Assembly (NCBI GenBank): GCA_965218585.1
Contig: CBDCLE010000020.1
Location: forward strand, 28,232 to 92,231
Reading direction: 5' to 3'
Origin: Terriglobia bacterium
GTDB lineage: Bacteria; Acidobacteriota; Terriglobia; 20CM-2-55-15
DNA: 64,000 nt
In this document: in pieces, positions 41,226-52,336 of the stretch
Numbering within the stretch: the stretch's first letter is position 1
Layout: each line of letters begins with the position of its first letter
Position numbers and translations under genes: made by a program
The notes under the pieces: model-generated
Told to the model about the DNA's origin: nothing
What the model saw: the letters and a program-made list of their open reading frames with translations, nothing else
The model's database searches: none

Positions 41226-42775
41226 GAGCCTGCGCCGTAGGAAGTGAATGAGATAATAGTGTCGCAGTTAGGAGGAGAATGCGATGCCGACGACGTTTCG
41301 CCCGTACCAGCCGGAGCAGGGGTTGCTGCTGGCGCCGGATATACGGGATTGGTTGCCGGAGGGGCACTTGGCACACCATGTGAGCGATCTGGTGGACGGA
41401 TTGGACTTGACGGCGTTTTACGCGCCTTACGAGGGGGACGGTCGTCGCAAGTCGCCGTATGAGCCGCGGATGATGGCGAAGGTGCTGATCTACGGGTACG
41501 CGACGGGGGTGTTTTCGTCCCGAGGGCTGGCGCGGAAGCTGGAGGAGGACGTGGCATTTCGGGTGTTGGCGGCGGGGAATTTTCCGAGCCATCGGACGAT
41601 TTGCGAGTTTCGCCGGCGTCATTTGTCGGATTTCAAGGCGCTGTTTGTGGAGGTGGTCGGTCTGGCGCGCGAGACCGGGGTTGGGAACTTCGGCAAGTTG
41701 TCGATCGACGGGACGAAGGTTCGAGCCAATGCCAGCAAGCGCAAGGCGATGAGTTACGGTCGGATGCAGGAGGAGGAGCGGCGCCTGGAGGGCGAGATCG
41801 AAGCGTTGCTGTCGCGCGCGCGGGAGACCGATGCGGCGGAGGACGCGCGTTTCGGGGAGGCGCATCGCGGCGATGAGTTACCCGAGGAGTTGCGCCGCCG
41901 GGAGGATCGGCTGGCGGCGATCCGGGCGGCCAGGGCGCGATTGGAGGCCAGGCAACGGGAGGCCGACGAGGCGCGGGGACGCGAGCCCGGTTCGAAGCGC
42001 AACCGGAAGAGCGGGCGGCCCTACAAGCGGGAATACGGCGAGCCGGACGAGAAGGCGCAGGACAACTTCACCGATCCCGAAAGCCGGATCATGAAGACCT
42101 CATCGGAGGGTTTTCAGCAGTGCTACAACGCGCAGGTGGCGGTGGAGGGAGAGAAGCAGTTGATCGTCGCCACCGAGGTGTCGTCGAACGCCAGCGACCA
42201 GGGTCGGCTGGTCCCGTTGGTGGACGAGGTGGAGGCCACCCATGGGGAACGGCCCGAGACGGTGCTGGCGGATGCGGGCTACTGCAACGAGGACGACCTG
42301 GAGGCGCTGGAGGCGCGCGGCGTGGACGGCTATGTGGCCTTGGGCCGGGAGGGCCGGCGCGCGGTCGCGGTAGACGCCGCCAGGCATCCGGCGAAGGCCC
42401 GCATGGCCGAGAAGCTGTCGATGGAGGCGGGACGGGTGCAGTACGCCCAGCGCAAATGGCTGTCGGAGGCGCCCAACGGGTGGATCAAGGAGGTGCTCGG
42501 CTTCCGCCGATTCAGCCTGCGCGGCCTGAACAAGGTCCAGGGCGAGTGGAACTTGGTGTGTCTGGCATTGAACGTCAAGCGGATGCAGGGGCTTCAGGCA
42601 GCCTGATGACAGGGATACCGCCCGCAAATCAGGCCGAACGAGGGTCGATTCAAGCACCCGTGGCGCACCCATCGGCGCCTCGTCGTCCAAAACGCCCATT
42701 CCCCGGTCACCGATACCGATCAATCGCCATATCGCGAAATTCGCCGAGTCGAAAATCGTCCTACGGCGCAGGCTC
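41226..42775 (+). mobile_element. IS1182 family element
   Basis: 17-bp perfect IR GAGCCTGCGCCGTAGGA; CTAG at 41222-41225 and 42776-42779. Confidence 0.95.
41284..42606 (+). CDS. IS1182 transposase
   Basis: IDGTKVRANAS, NFTDPESRIM, LADAGY, GFRRFSLRG. Confidence 0.95.
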   Translation: MPTTFRPYQPEQGLLLAPDIRDWLPEGHLAHHVSDLVDGLDLTAFYAPYEGDGRRKSPYEPRMMAKVLIYGYATGVFSSRGLARKLEEDVAFRVLAAGNFPSHRTICEFRRRHLSDFKALFVEVVGLARETGVGNFGKLSIDGTKVRANASKRKAMSYGRMQEEERRLEGEIEALLSRARETDAAEDARFGEAHRGDELPEELRRREDRLAAIRAARARLEARQREADEARGREPGSKRNRKSGRPYKREYGEPDEKAQDNFTDPESRIMKTSSEGFQQCYNAQVAVEGEKQLIVATEVSSNASDQGRLVPLVDEVEATHGERPETVLADAGYCNEDDLEALEARGVDGYVALGREGRRAVAVDAARHPAKARMAEKLSMEAGRVQYAQRKWLSEAPNGWIKEVLGFRRFSLRGLNKVQGEWNLVCLALNVKRMQGLQAA

Positions 42776-43287
42776 CTAGCCCGCATGTTTCAGTGCGCCG
42801 TGAAAAGGCGCCGATCTTCAGTGGGTGCGAAACCGACCCGGCAGCTGTCGCTCCAGCCGGTAGCAATCGGAGCGGTGATGGAGGTAACGAAATCACCGAA
42901 GCCTCTGGTGAAGAAGGTCGCCATGGGCGACTTGGCGAGCGTGCAGGCCGTAACGTGAGTGAACGCTGAGCAGGCCTCGAAAAGGGCAATGCGGTAGCCG
43001 ACCTGGCTGAGATTCAGGGAAGGCCGACGGTCCCCAGACGGGACGAGCGAATCATCTGGGGAGACCGCCGGGGTAGTGGCGACGGCATGCATGAAAGAGG
43101 AGATCGAGCGCAACACGGGAAGCCCTACTGGTGAGGGAAGCTCAACCGGAAGCCCGCGAGGGACAGGCCGGGCCGGATGGGGTGGCGGACAGGCCCGTAG
43201 AACCGACGAATCCGGGTAATGCCGGAGGAGGGAAGGGGCCTGAGTTCAAGGCGAAGGCACAACGGAGCGAGAATCGGGAGATTGGTG

Positions 43288-44607
43288 ATGAGCCTGGCAA
43301 CTCCAGAAAAGATTCGGAAGCTGCAGCGGGCCTTCTACGTCAAAGCGAAGGAGCAGCCGAGCTATCGATTCCACCAGTTGTACGACAAGGTCTGGAGGGA
43401 AGACATTCTGAGGTTCGCATACCAGCGGTGCAGGGCCAACAAGGGGGCCGCAGGTGTGGACGGGCAGAGCTTCGACCAGATCGAAGAGTACGGACGGGAC
43501 CGGTGGCTGGGTGAACTGACGCAAGACTTACGGCACAAGGGCTATCGCCCGGATGCGATCCAACGGGTCTGGATCGAGAAGGCCGACGGGGGTCGGCGGC
43601 CACTGGGCATCGCCACGATACGGGATCGAGTGGTCCAGATGGCGATCGTACTGGTAGTGGAACCGATCTTCGAGGCCGATTTGGAGCCCGAGCAGTACGG
43701 GTATCGTCCGAAGCGTAGCGCCCAGGATGCGGTACGAGCCGTGCATAGTCTGCTGCAACAGGGACACCGCGAGGTGATCGACGCGGATCTGAGCGGCTAT
43801 TTCGATTCGATACCGCACGGCGAACTGGTCCAAAGCGTGGCACGCCGGATCAGCGACCGGGAGATGCTGGCGCTGATCAAACGGTTTTTGAAGGCGCCGG
43901 TCCGGGATCAGGACGAGGCGGGAGGGTCGGAGAAGCGGAGAGAGACAGGGCAGGGAACGCCGCAGGGTTCACCCCTGTCGCCCCTGCTCGCCAATCTGTA
44001 TATCCGGCGATTCATCCTGGGATGGAAGAAGCGGGGTCTGGTGGTGCGCTACGGCGCGCACATCGTCAACTACGCCGATGATTTCGTGGTGTGCTGCAAA
44101 CGAGGATCGAGAGAGGCCCTTGTAGAGGTACGCCGGATCATGGAGCAGCTAAAACTTCGGATCAACGAAGACAAGACTCAGATCTGCCGTGTCCCGGAAG
44201 AAAGCTTCGACTTTCTGGGGTACACGCTGGGTCGTTGCTATTCCACACAGACGGGGTGCAGCTACATCGGCACGCGCCCTTCGAAGAAACGGATCTCCCG
44301 ATTCTGTCGGGTCATCAGCCAAGAAACTGGGCGAAATCGACTCCTGTGGAGTTCCACAGAGATGGTTTCCGCCCTGAATCGGAAACTGGTGGGTTGGTCC
44401 AATTACTTCTGTCTGGGGCCGGTCCAGTCCGCCTACCGCGCGGTGGATCAACACACGCGGTATCGGCTGCGTCAGTGGTTGCGCCGGAAACATCAAGGAC
44501 GGAGCCGCCCGGGTGTGATGCAGTTTCCCGACGAGTATCTCTATCAGACGTTGGGACTGGTCCGCTTGGAGCGCCGAACGCGCAACTTTCCGTGGGCGAA
44601 CGCGTAA
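43288..44607 (+). CDS. ltrA: Group II intron reverse transcriptase/maturase, no endonuclease domain
   Basis: GAAGVDG, RPLGIATIRDR, GTPQGSPLSPLL, YADD, GWSNYF. Confidence 0.95.
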   Translation: MSLATPEKIRKLQRAFYVKAKEQPSYRFHQLYDKVWREDILRFAYQRCRANKGAAGVDGQSFDQIEEYGRDRWLGELTQDLRHKGYRPDAIQRVWIEKADGGRRPLGIATIRDRVVQMAIVLVVEPIFEADLEPEQYGYRPKRSAQDAVRAVHSLLQQGHREVIDADLSGYFDSIPHGELVQSVARRISDREMLALIKRFLKAPVRDQDEAGGSEKRRETGQGTPQGSPLSPLLANLYIRRFILGWKKRGLVVRYGAHIVNYADDFVVCCKRGSREALVEVRRIMEQLKLRINEDKTQICRVPEESFDFLGYTLGRCYSTQTGCSYIGTRPSKKRISRFCRVISQETGRNRLLWSSTEMVSALNRKLVGWSNYFCLGPVQSAYRAVDQHTRYRLRQWLRRKHQGRSRPGVMQFPDEYLYQTLGLVRLERRTRNFPWANA

Positions 44608-44650
44608 TCCTTGTCCGAGAGCCGGATGCGGGAAACCCGCACGTCCGGTT

Positions 44651-46635
44651 GTGTGTCCAGCCAAGGCTGGCCTGTTCAGCGGGAGACAGCCCCGCCGGGG
44701 CAAGAATCAGGAGCCCCGTAGCTTGGATAGCAGGGAGGAGGGAAACCAAATTCCTGAAGCCTATCGACAGGGTTTCCCTAGGGGAGATTGCGAGTCATCG
44801 GGCCGTAACGTGAAGTGAACGCGGAGGTGGCCTCGAAAGTGTATTCCGAAGGCCGAGCCTGCAACCGGAAGGCGAAGGCAGCATGGGCGGTCGAAACCTG
44901 ATTGACGCGGCTGACCCACTTCGGCGGGGTGGTAGCGACAGCACGATGACAAGGACAGGCTGAGCAACTGGAGAAGCCCTCCTCGCCCCGGCGCGAAATC
45001 GCCGGAGAAAGGTAGGCTCTATAACCGGCAACACCGGGAAGTGAGCCGAAGGCGAGAGGGTGGCGGAGGGGCGTGTAGTAGCGTTGAGGCGGTGTAACTC
45101 CCGCGGAGCAAAGGCGCCCTGCTGTTGAACAGTTCTCCGACAACAAGGGAGGCAAGGACGGGATGACAAAGCCGTCCATTGGGTTGCAGGACCTACGACG
45201 GAGAATATATCTCAAGGCGAAGGCTGACCAGAAATGGCGCTTCTGGGGGCTGTACGTTCATGTATGTAAGCCGGAGACGCTCCGGGAGGCCTATGAGATG
45301 GCGCGACGCAACGGCGGTGCCGCGGGCATTGACGGTGTGACGTTCGCGGCCATCGAGGAGGCCGGCCTCGAGGCGTTCCTGGATAACATGCATGACGAAC
45401 TGCACTCCCGAACCTATCGGCCCTCGGCAAACCGGCAGGTGGAGATACCGAAGGATGGGGGCAAAGTCCGCATCCTCGGGATACCCACCATCCGGGACCG
45501 TGTGGTGCAGGGGGCGCTGAAGCTGATACTGGAACCTGTCTTCGAGGCTGACTTTCAGGAGGGCTCTTACGGGTACCGGCCAAAACGCACGGCCCATCGG
45601 GCGGTGCACCGGGTGACGACGGCGATCGTAAAGAACAAGACCACGGTGATAGACGTGGACTTGGCGTCGTATTTCGATACGGTTCGACACGACATCCTGC
45701 TTGGAAAAGTAGCTACTCGGGTAGACGACGATGAAGTTTTACGGCTATTGAAGCTCATCCTCAAGGCGGAGGCAAGCGGGGCGTTCCTCAGGGTGGGGTT
45801 ATTTCACCCCTGCTCAGCAATCTCTATCTCAACGAGGTGGACAAGATGCTGGAGCGGGCGAAGGCCGTCACCCGACAAGGATGCTACCACTACATCGAGT
45901 ATGCTCGATTCGCCGATGACCTGGTGATCCTGATCGACGGCTACCGCCGGTGGCGGTGGCTTGAGACGACCGTGTACAAGCGGCTTCTGGAGGAGCTGGC
46001 CACACTCGACGTGGAACTCAATCGTGACAAGACGCGTCGCGTCGATCTCGCAAAGGGCGAGAGCTTCACCTTCCTTGGGTTCAGCATCCGCCGCGCCTGG
46101 ACGCAGCGGGGCAAGTGGGGGGTTGCCTGTGTGCCGAAGATAGCGGCTCGCACCAAACTCCTGCGACGGCTCAAGGGGGTGATGCGACGACATTGCTCGC
46201 AACCGGTTGAAAGGGTCATTGCTCTCATCAACCCAATCCTGCGCGGATGGACGAACTACTTTCGCATAGGACAATCGAGCCGATGTTTCAGTCACGTGAA
46301 GGACTGGGTCGAGAAGAAGGTACGGCGACACCTGATGCGACAGCGCGGGCGACTGGGGTTCGGCTGGAAGAGGTGGAGTAGGCAGAAGCTATATGACCGG
46401 CTCGGGCTGTTCTCCGAATACCGGGTCGTCTATCTGCCGAAAGCGCTCCCGGTTTGAACGGCCGCATAACCCTTGAGACGAAGGCAACAGGAAAGCCCAG
46501 TGCCGGAAATCGGCATGCTGGGTTTGACGAGGCGGGAGTTGGAAACGTGCCCACGGGAGCCGGACTGAGGCCCGGTGCGAAAGCGCCGGAGGAGCCACCG
46601 GACCCTACCGGCGGCGCGCCAGCTCTCGACCCTAC
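44651..46635 (+). mobile_element. Group II intron 2 (inner), inserted in DV of intron 1
   Basis: 5' GTGTG; DV GAAAGCCCAGTGCCGGAAATCGGCATGCTGGGTTTGACGAG; 3' CTCGACCCTAC. Confidence 0.93.
45163..46457 (+). pseudogene. ltrA: Intron 2 RT/maturase with 1-nt frameshift near 45770
   Basis: RILGIPTIRDR..LKLILKA | GKRGVPQGGVISPLL..RFADD..GWTNYF. Confidence 0.9.
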
Positions 46636-46960
46636 CGATGAGCGGGATGTGGAACCGGAACATAGCCGGACTCGTGAGGCACCGCCAGACGAAAGGGGCG
46701 GCAACAGATAGGTCCGACCTACATCACCGCGCCACATCTCGACTCTACCCACTTTCGGATGAGGACCGTTTTCGAGTAAAAGGATCGGTTGCCGGCGAGT
46801 TCTGGGGCCTGGGAGGGGTTATGCGGAGGAAGTCGTGGGTTTCGATAGCCAAGCGGACGACTATTTTGGGGCCGAAACGGCATGACTTGACGTGTTCAGG
46901 CAGACCGCAGCCCAAGCCGACGGAAGAAGTGGTTTTTCCAGCGATGCATCAAGTGTGTCG

Positions 46961-48376
46961 TCAGCAGCGAAGGGGAAGCGCCTGCAGATTCCGTAGGATG
47001 AGAGCAAAGATCTCGGCATAAGGATAGGCCTCCGACATCGAGATCCAGACGTTGCGGACCGTCAGGCGGATTCGAGCACCGACCTTAAGAAGCTTCAGGC
47101 GGATGGTCTGGCACTGAGCGTGGGCCAGAGCCGTACCCTTGAGCCCGAGACGACGCAGCGCATGCATGAGCATGTAAGCGGCTGAGGACAGATACAGCCG
47201 GCGCTGATTGGCGCGCATCGTCGCCGCGCTGGTGCGGTCGGCAAACAGATCCCGTTGTTGTTCCTTGATGCGGTTCTCCATGTCGCCGCGTGCACAGTGG
47301 AAATCTTCATAGAGAGCTTGGGCCTGGAGTCGTTCCCTCCGCAGTGAAGTCACCACGAATCGGGGATTGGCGCCCTTGTCCAGGAATTCGGCCTTGCCAA
47401 CGACGCGTCGCGTGCAGCTCCAGCTCTTCATGGTCCGGTACTGGAAATCCTTAAACACCCGCGCCGGTTTTCCTGTGGCCTGAAACTCCGCTTCGGCCTG
47501 AATTATTGCTTCAGCAATCTCTCGCTTGAGACGGTCGTTCTTGGCCAACCCGATCACGTAATCGAGCTGATGGGCCTCACACCAACGGAGTAATTCATCC
47601 CGGCAAAAGCCCGAATCGGCCCGGATGATGATCCTCACTCCCGGCCAACTCTGACGGATCTGGCCGACGATACGTTTCAATTCATCAACCGCCCCATCGG
47701 CGCCATCGATATTGGATCGGCGCAGCCGCGCGCACAACAGATGCTCGCCACAGAAGATATACAAGGGTAGATAGCAATAGTGGCGGTAGTAGCCGTGAAA
47801 GAACCGGCCTTCCTGTTGACCATAGATCGGATCATCGGTGGCGTCCAGGTCCACAACAATCTCTTCCGGTGCCGGGTCGTGGGCCGCTAGAAACGCATCC
47901 ACCATCCAGCGGTCGATCGTGTCCCCATCCATGACAATCTTCTTGTACCTCTCCTGCCCATCGACCTGGGCCCCGGTGAGTTCCAGCCGGTTCAGCGTAC
48001 ACTTGCCCGCCAGCGCCTTTCCCCTGTCCCCAGCCTGCCGCCGGCTCTCCCCCAGCGGGTCGGCTTTATCCACGGCTATGGCCAGCATCGGATCGGCCCG
48101 AAGCTGATCGTGATCGTTCAGGTCTTCATATCCCAGGCAGAGCCCGTAGATGCGCTGCCCCAACAACTCCTTCACCGTGTGTTCGATCAACCTCTGGTCC
48201 CGGTGATCGGTGAAACACTCCGTCAGTCCGCCGATCAGATCCGTCCGCTTTTCCACCTCTCGCAATAGCAGAACCCCAGCATCGGAGGTGATCTTTCCCC
48301 CGTCGATCCGCGCCTTCACTTTCCGATGAAGTAGTCCGTGAAATTCGAACGTGGCTTGGTTACACTCTGTTGTCAT
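46961..48376 (-). CDS. IS1380 transposase (diverged paralog of 21741-23156)
   Basis: Same 471-aa length and motifs. Confidence 0.95.
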   Translation of the reverse strand: MTTECNQATFEFHGLLHRKVKARIDGGKITSDAGVLLLREVEKRTDLIGGLTECFTDHRDQRLIEHTVKELLGQRIYGLCLGYEDLNDHDQLRADPMLAIAVDKADPLGESRRQAGDRGKALAGKCTLNRLELTGAQVDGQERYKKIVMDGDTIDRWMVDAFLAAHDPAPEEIVVDLDATDDPIYGQQEGRFFHGYYRHYCYLPLYIFCGEHLLCARLRRSNIDGADGAVDELKRIVGQIRQSWPGVRIIIRADSGFCRDELLRWCEAHQLDYVIGLAKNDRLKREIAEAIIQAEAEFQATGKPARVFKDFQYRTMKSWSCTRRVVGKAEFLDKGANPRFVVTSLRRERLQAQALYEDFHCARGDMENRIKEQQRDLFADRTSAATMRANQRRLYLSSAAYMLMHALRRLGLKGTALAHAQCQTIRLKLLKVGARIRLTVRNVWISMSEAYPYAEIFALILRNLQALPLRC

Positions 48377-48473
48377 AAGGGCCGCCTCCGTTTGGCTTAT
48401 TATACGTTTCTTCCAAAACGCTTTATGCTAGACAGGGCGGCCTTTTCTGGTCCGGTCCGTGAATTATGCAGGT

Positions 48474-49795
48474 CACTAGTGTCCGGGACACGGTGCGACA
48501 GCCGCCGGCAACTTATAGATGAACAGTGAGTTGAATGGCATTCTGCGATTTTTCGATTTGAACCTGCCGATCACACTTTTAGCAATATTACGGTGAGAGG
48601 GGTGATACCAATGGCGCATGAACTCAGGCCAAACCGTCTTCTCACAAGTCATGGATGACGCGCCCCGATACGAGTTTCAGAAGTGTGTCGCCCGCTATCG
48701 GGGCGATTACCAGCAGAAAGGGTTTTCCTGCTGGGATCAGTTCCTGGCGATGGCATTCGCCCAATTGACCTATCGTGAAAGCCTCCGCGACATCGAAGCC
48801 TGCTTACGCGCCCTCGGCAGAAAGCGTTACCACATGGGATTCCGAAGCAAGGTGGCGCGGACGACACTGGCCGACGCCAACGAGCGGCACGACTGGCGGA
48901 TCTATGCGGACTTCGCACAGGTCCTGATCGGCATGGTGCGGCCGTTATATGCCGAAGACCCCATCGGCGTCGAGTTGGATCAAGGTCTATATGCCCTGGA
49001 CTCGACCACCATTGACCTGTGTCTTTCACTATTCCCATGGGCCCGGTTTCGCCGGCACAAAGCCGCGGTCAAGATGCATACACTGCTGGATCTTCACGGC
49101 AACATTCCCGCGTTTATCCACGTCACAGACGGGAAAGTCCATGACGTCAACGTTCTCGATGAGATCGCACCCGAAGCGGGGGCCTTCTACGTCATGGACC
49201 GCGCCTATATCGATTTTGAACGGCTCTTTCTCTTCTCCCTCTGTTCCGCTTTCTTTGTGGTGCGTGCCAAGAAGAACGTCGTCCTGCGGCGGCGGTACTC
49301 CCGTCGGGTGGACACGACCACGGGATTGCGATCCGACCAGACGGTCATCCTCACAACGAACCGCCAAAACCTATCCCGATCCGTTGCGGCGTATCAGCTA
49401 CTTCGATGCCGGGACGAACAAGCGGTTGAAGTTCCTGACCAACAACTTCGCGTTGCCTGCACTCACCACCACTCAGATCTACAAGTCGCGATGGCAGGTG
49501 GAACTTTTCTTTAAATGGATCAAACAACACCTTCGAATCAAGTCCTTCTACGGCACCAGCGAGAATGCGGTGAAGACCCAGATCTGGATCGCCATTTCGG
49601 TTTATGTTCTCGTCGCCATCATCCGGAAGCGCCTCGGCATCGATAGGAGTCTTTACCAAATCCTACAGATTCACAGCATTACGATTCTTGAGAAACAGCC
49701 CATTTTGCAGGCCTTTCACGCGCCTGATTCCCAATTCAATGAACTCCAAGATCCTAACCAGCTGATTCTATTCGACTTCTAACCGGACACTAGTG
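48474..49795 (+). mobile_element. IS4 family element (DUF4372-type transposase)
   Basis: IR CACTAGTGTCCGG / CCGGACACTAGTG. Confidence 0.9.
48618..49782 (+). pseudogene. IS4 transposase, frameshift near 49360
   Basis: LDSTTIDL, MDRAY, then YKSRWQVELFFKWIKQHL in another frame. Confidence 0.88.
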
Positions 49796-49805
49796 ATGCG
49801 GGCTA

Positions 49806-50825
49806 ATGCGGTCACTTCAAGCCGCGGTGGGGTCGGCTGGCCCAGGCGGGCCTGCGTCATCAGGTAGCGCGCCACCGCGGCATCGGAGCATCCCATGTCC
49901 AGGGCTTGCCGGCATGCGGCATCCAACTTGCGATAGCCGTGTTCCCGGCCCAGTAACAGCAACTCCACCATCTCGCGGGTCCCATGCTGTTTGCCGTGAC
50001 GCGCGATCAATGTTTGCCAGAACTGGTCATAGCGGGTCGGCCATCGGCCCTGTCGCCGCCATTGCTCCAGAGGCTTGCTCCCGGCCAGCGCACCCGGCTT
50101 CCGCTCCAACACCTCCAGATAATGTTCCAGATTGAAGAACTGCTGGCCGCTTCCATAGCCGCGCTCATGCCGCACCACGTAGCGGCCGTCGTGCCAGACT
50201 TCCACCTACGCCGGCAACACGCTGGCCCGCCCGAGGTTCCGGCCTTGATCGGTGCGGAGTAGAAGTTGTTGCGCACCCGGACACAGCCTTTACTGTCGAT
50301 TCGTGGAAAGCTGTCCTCGGCCAGAAGGAAACCTTCGGCCGATAACGCGAGCAGAAGGGCATGTTCGATCTGCATCCCTTCACCCACCGTCTGCGCCCGG
50401 TCGCCGATCTTGCGCCCCTCATCGGCGCGGCAACCCGCCAGAAGCTGCCGGTTCAGATCCGCCAGATCCCGAGCCTGGGGCACCGGCACCAGGTGATTGT
50501 GCCGAAAGTAGCCGGCTTCGCCCTCCACACCGCCTTTCTCGTGGCCCTCGGCGAGTGTGCAGAACTCGGCTCGAAACTTCCAGTGCGAGCGAACCGCAAT
50601 GAACCGTTCCGTTTCTTCTCGCCGGTATCCTCGTAGAATCTTCTTCACCGCACTGGTCAGGTTGTCATATCGCAGCCGCCCGAAAACCCCTCCGAAATAT
50701 CGGAATCCCAGTTCATGGCCCTCCAGGAATGCCTGTTGCGTCGCGCGTGGATAGGCCCGATGGAATGCGCCACCACTGCCCATGCTCCGCATGCAGAACA
50801 CCTTGACCTTCTGACGCTCACCATC
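49806..50825 (-). pseudogene. istA: IS21 IstA internal fragment, frameshifted
   Basis: [37 protein letters not shown]; limits approximate. Confidence 0.85.
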
Positions 50826-51040
50826 CAGATCGGCGCCCTGCACGGTAACCGCCAGGATGGCTCCGGTCTTCATGTCGGCGGCATGCTCGACCTTGTGCGC
50901 CAGATGCGTCCGCCCGTCCTCCATCTTCGTAATGCGGGCGTCCGTGTCGTGGGGATGTTCCTACTCTTTGTTCGATCCTTTCTTCGTTCGCTTTCGGTCC
51001 AGTCGGTCCAGGTCTGCTCACGGACTGCCAGCTTCAGCGT
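50826..51040 (-). pseudogene. IS5/IS1182-like transposase internal fragment fused to the istA fragment
   Basis: [38 protein letters not shown]; limits approximate. Confidence 0.7.
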
Positions 51041-51044
51041 CGTG

Positions 51045-51255
51045 TTAGCCTGTCCCTTTTCGTTCGGGCGGCGTTCCGTGTTCGGAGAGATAGCGACGAA
51101 GTGTCTCATTGACCGTCGCCGAGTCCTGGAATAATTTTGCCATGTCAGGCTCAAGCAGCACTACGTTGCTCCCCTGCTTGTAGCGCTCGTAGTATTTACC
51201 CCGGACACCGCCTTGGAGGTTGTATTCAGGTCTCATTTCATCACCGGCGGGTTTC

Positions 51256-51275
<20 letters not shown>
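51045..51275 (-). CDS. BrnA-like antitoxin
   Basis: DEMRPEY..GVRGKYY..VLLEPD..F..S.TVNETLR; overlaps toxin end. Confidence 0.8.
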
Positions 51276-51751
<476 letters not shown>

Positions 51752-51770
51752 CTATCCCTATGAAGATTTT

Positions 51771-51814
51771 GGTGATTATGTACTTGACGCAATAGCGTCA
51801 AGTACATAATCACC
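51771..51814. repeat. 20-bp perfect inverted repeat with 4-nt spacer
   Basis: GGTGATTATGTACTTGACGC-AATA-GCGTCAAGTACATAATCACC. Confidence 0.9.
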
Positions 51815-52336
51815 TCCCGAAATTTATGGCCAGCGAGCGGTCCGCCGTATTCATATCATTCCCAGGAGATGTACGTTTTCAGGGCCGTTGAAGCGTTCTT
51901 CGGGTGCCCTGTAGGTCAGCGAGATCGGAATTTCTGGTACGATGAAACCGGGGACGCCAAGACGAAACGGAAGGACCTGAAAGAAGCGCTTCTGCGAGGA
52001 CCCGGAATTCCAGGAGGAGTCGGCGCGGGCCGATGACGAGTGTACGCGGATCGCGTCGCCGGTTTGCGCCCGATTCGCCCAACCGTGGCCTTGCCATCCC
52101 TCCTTGCTCCTCATGGGTCCAGAGGGATCTCCCCCAGGAATAGACGGGAGAAGACGGCCCATGTGGGAGCGTGTATAACTTGCGGCGCTCCAGGCGGCCT
52201 CACCAGAAACGCGCTGGTCTCAAGCCATGACACAGAAGCTCCTTTTCGACGGAATCGACAAACGCAGTGCACTCGATAAGGAGGACGGCAACCATACGTA
52301 TTTCCATGCCCTGAGTCTAAAACCGAAAAATCGATT

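Larger units (their letters stand above)
42793..46748 (+). mobile_element. Group II intron 1 (outer): 42793-44650 + 46636-46748
   Basis: 5' GTGCG; DV GAGAGCCGGATGCGGGAAACCCGCACGTCCGGTT|CGATGAG; 3' end CTCGACTCTAC. Confidence 0.93.
42780..48472 (-). mobile_element. IS1380 family element, copy 2, with right IR interrupted by nested introns
   Basis: CCCGCATGTTTCA (42780-42792) + CC (46749-46750) rebuilds the IR; other end CGTGAATTATGCAGG at 48458-48472. Confidence 0.92.

Noticed and set aside
43288-46457. RT genes as retron, DGR or CRISPR-linked RT
   Set aside because: Both have group II intron 5' ends, DV/DVI and maturase domains; no TR/VR pair or msr-msd seen
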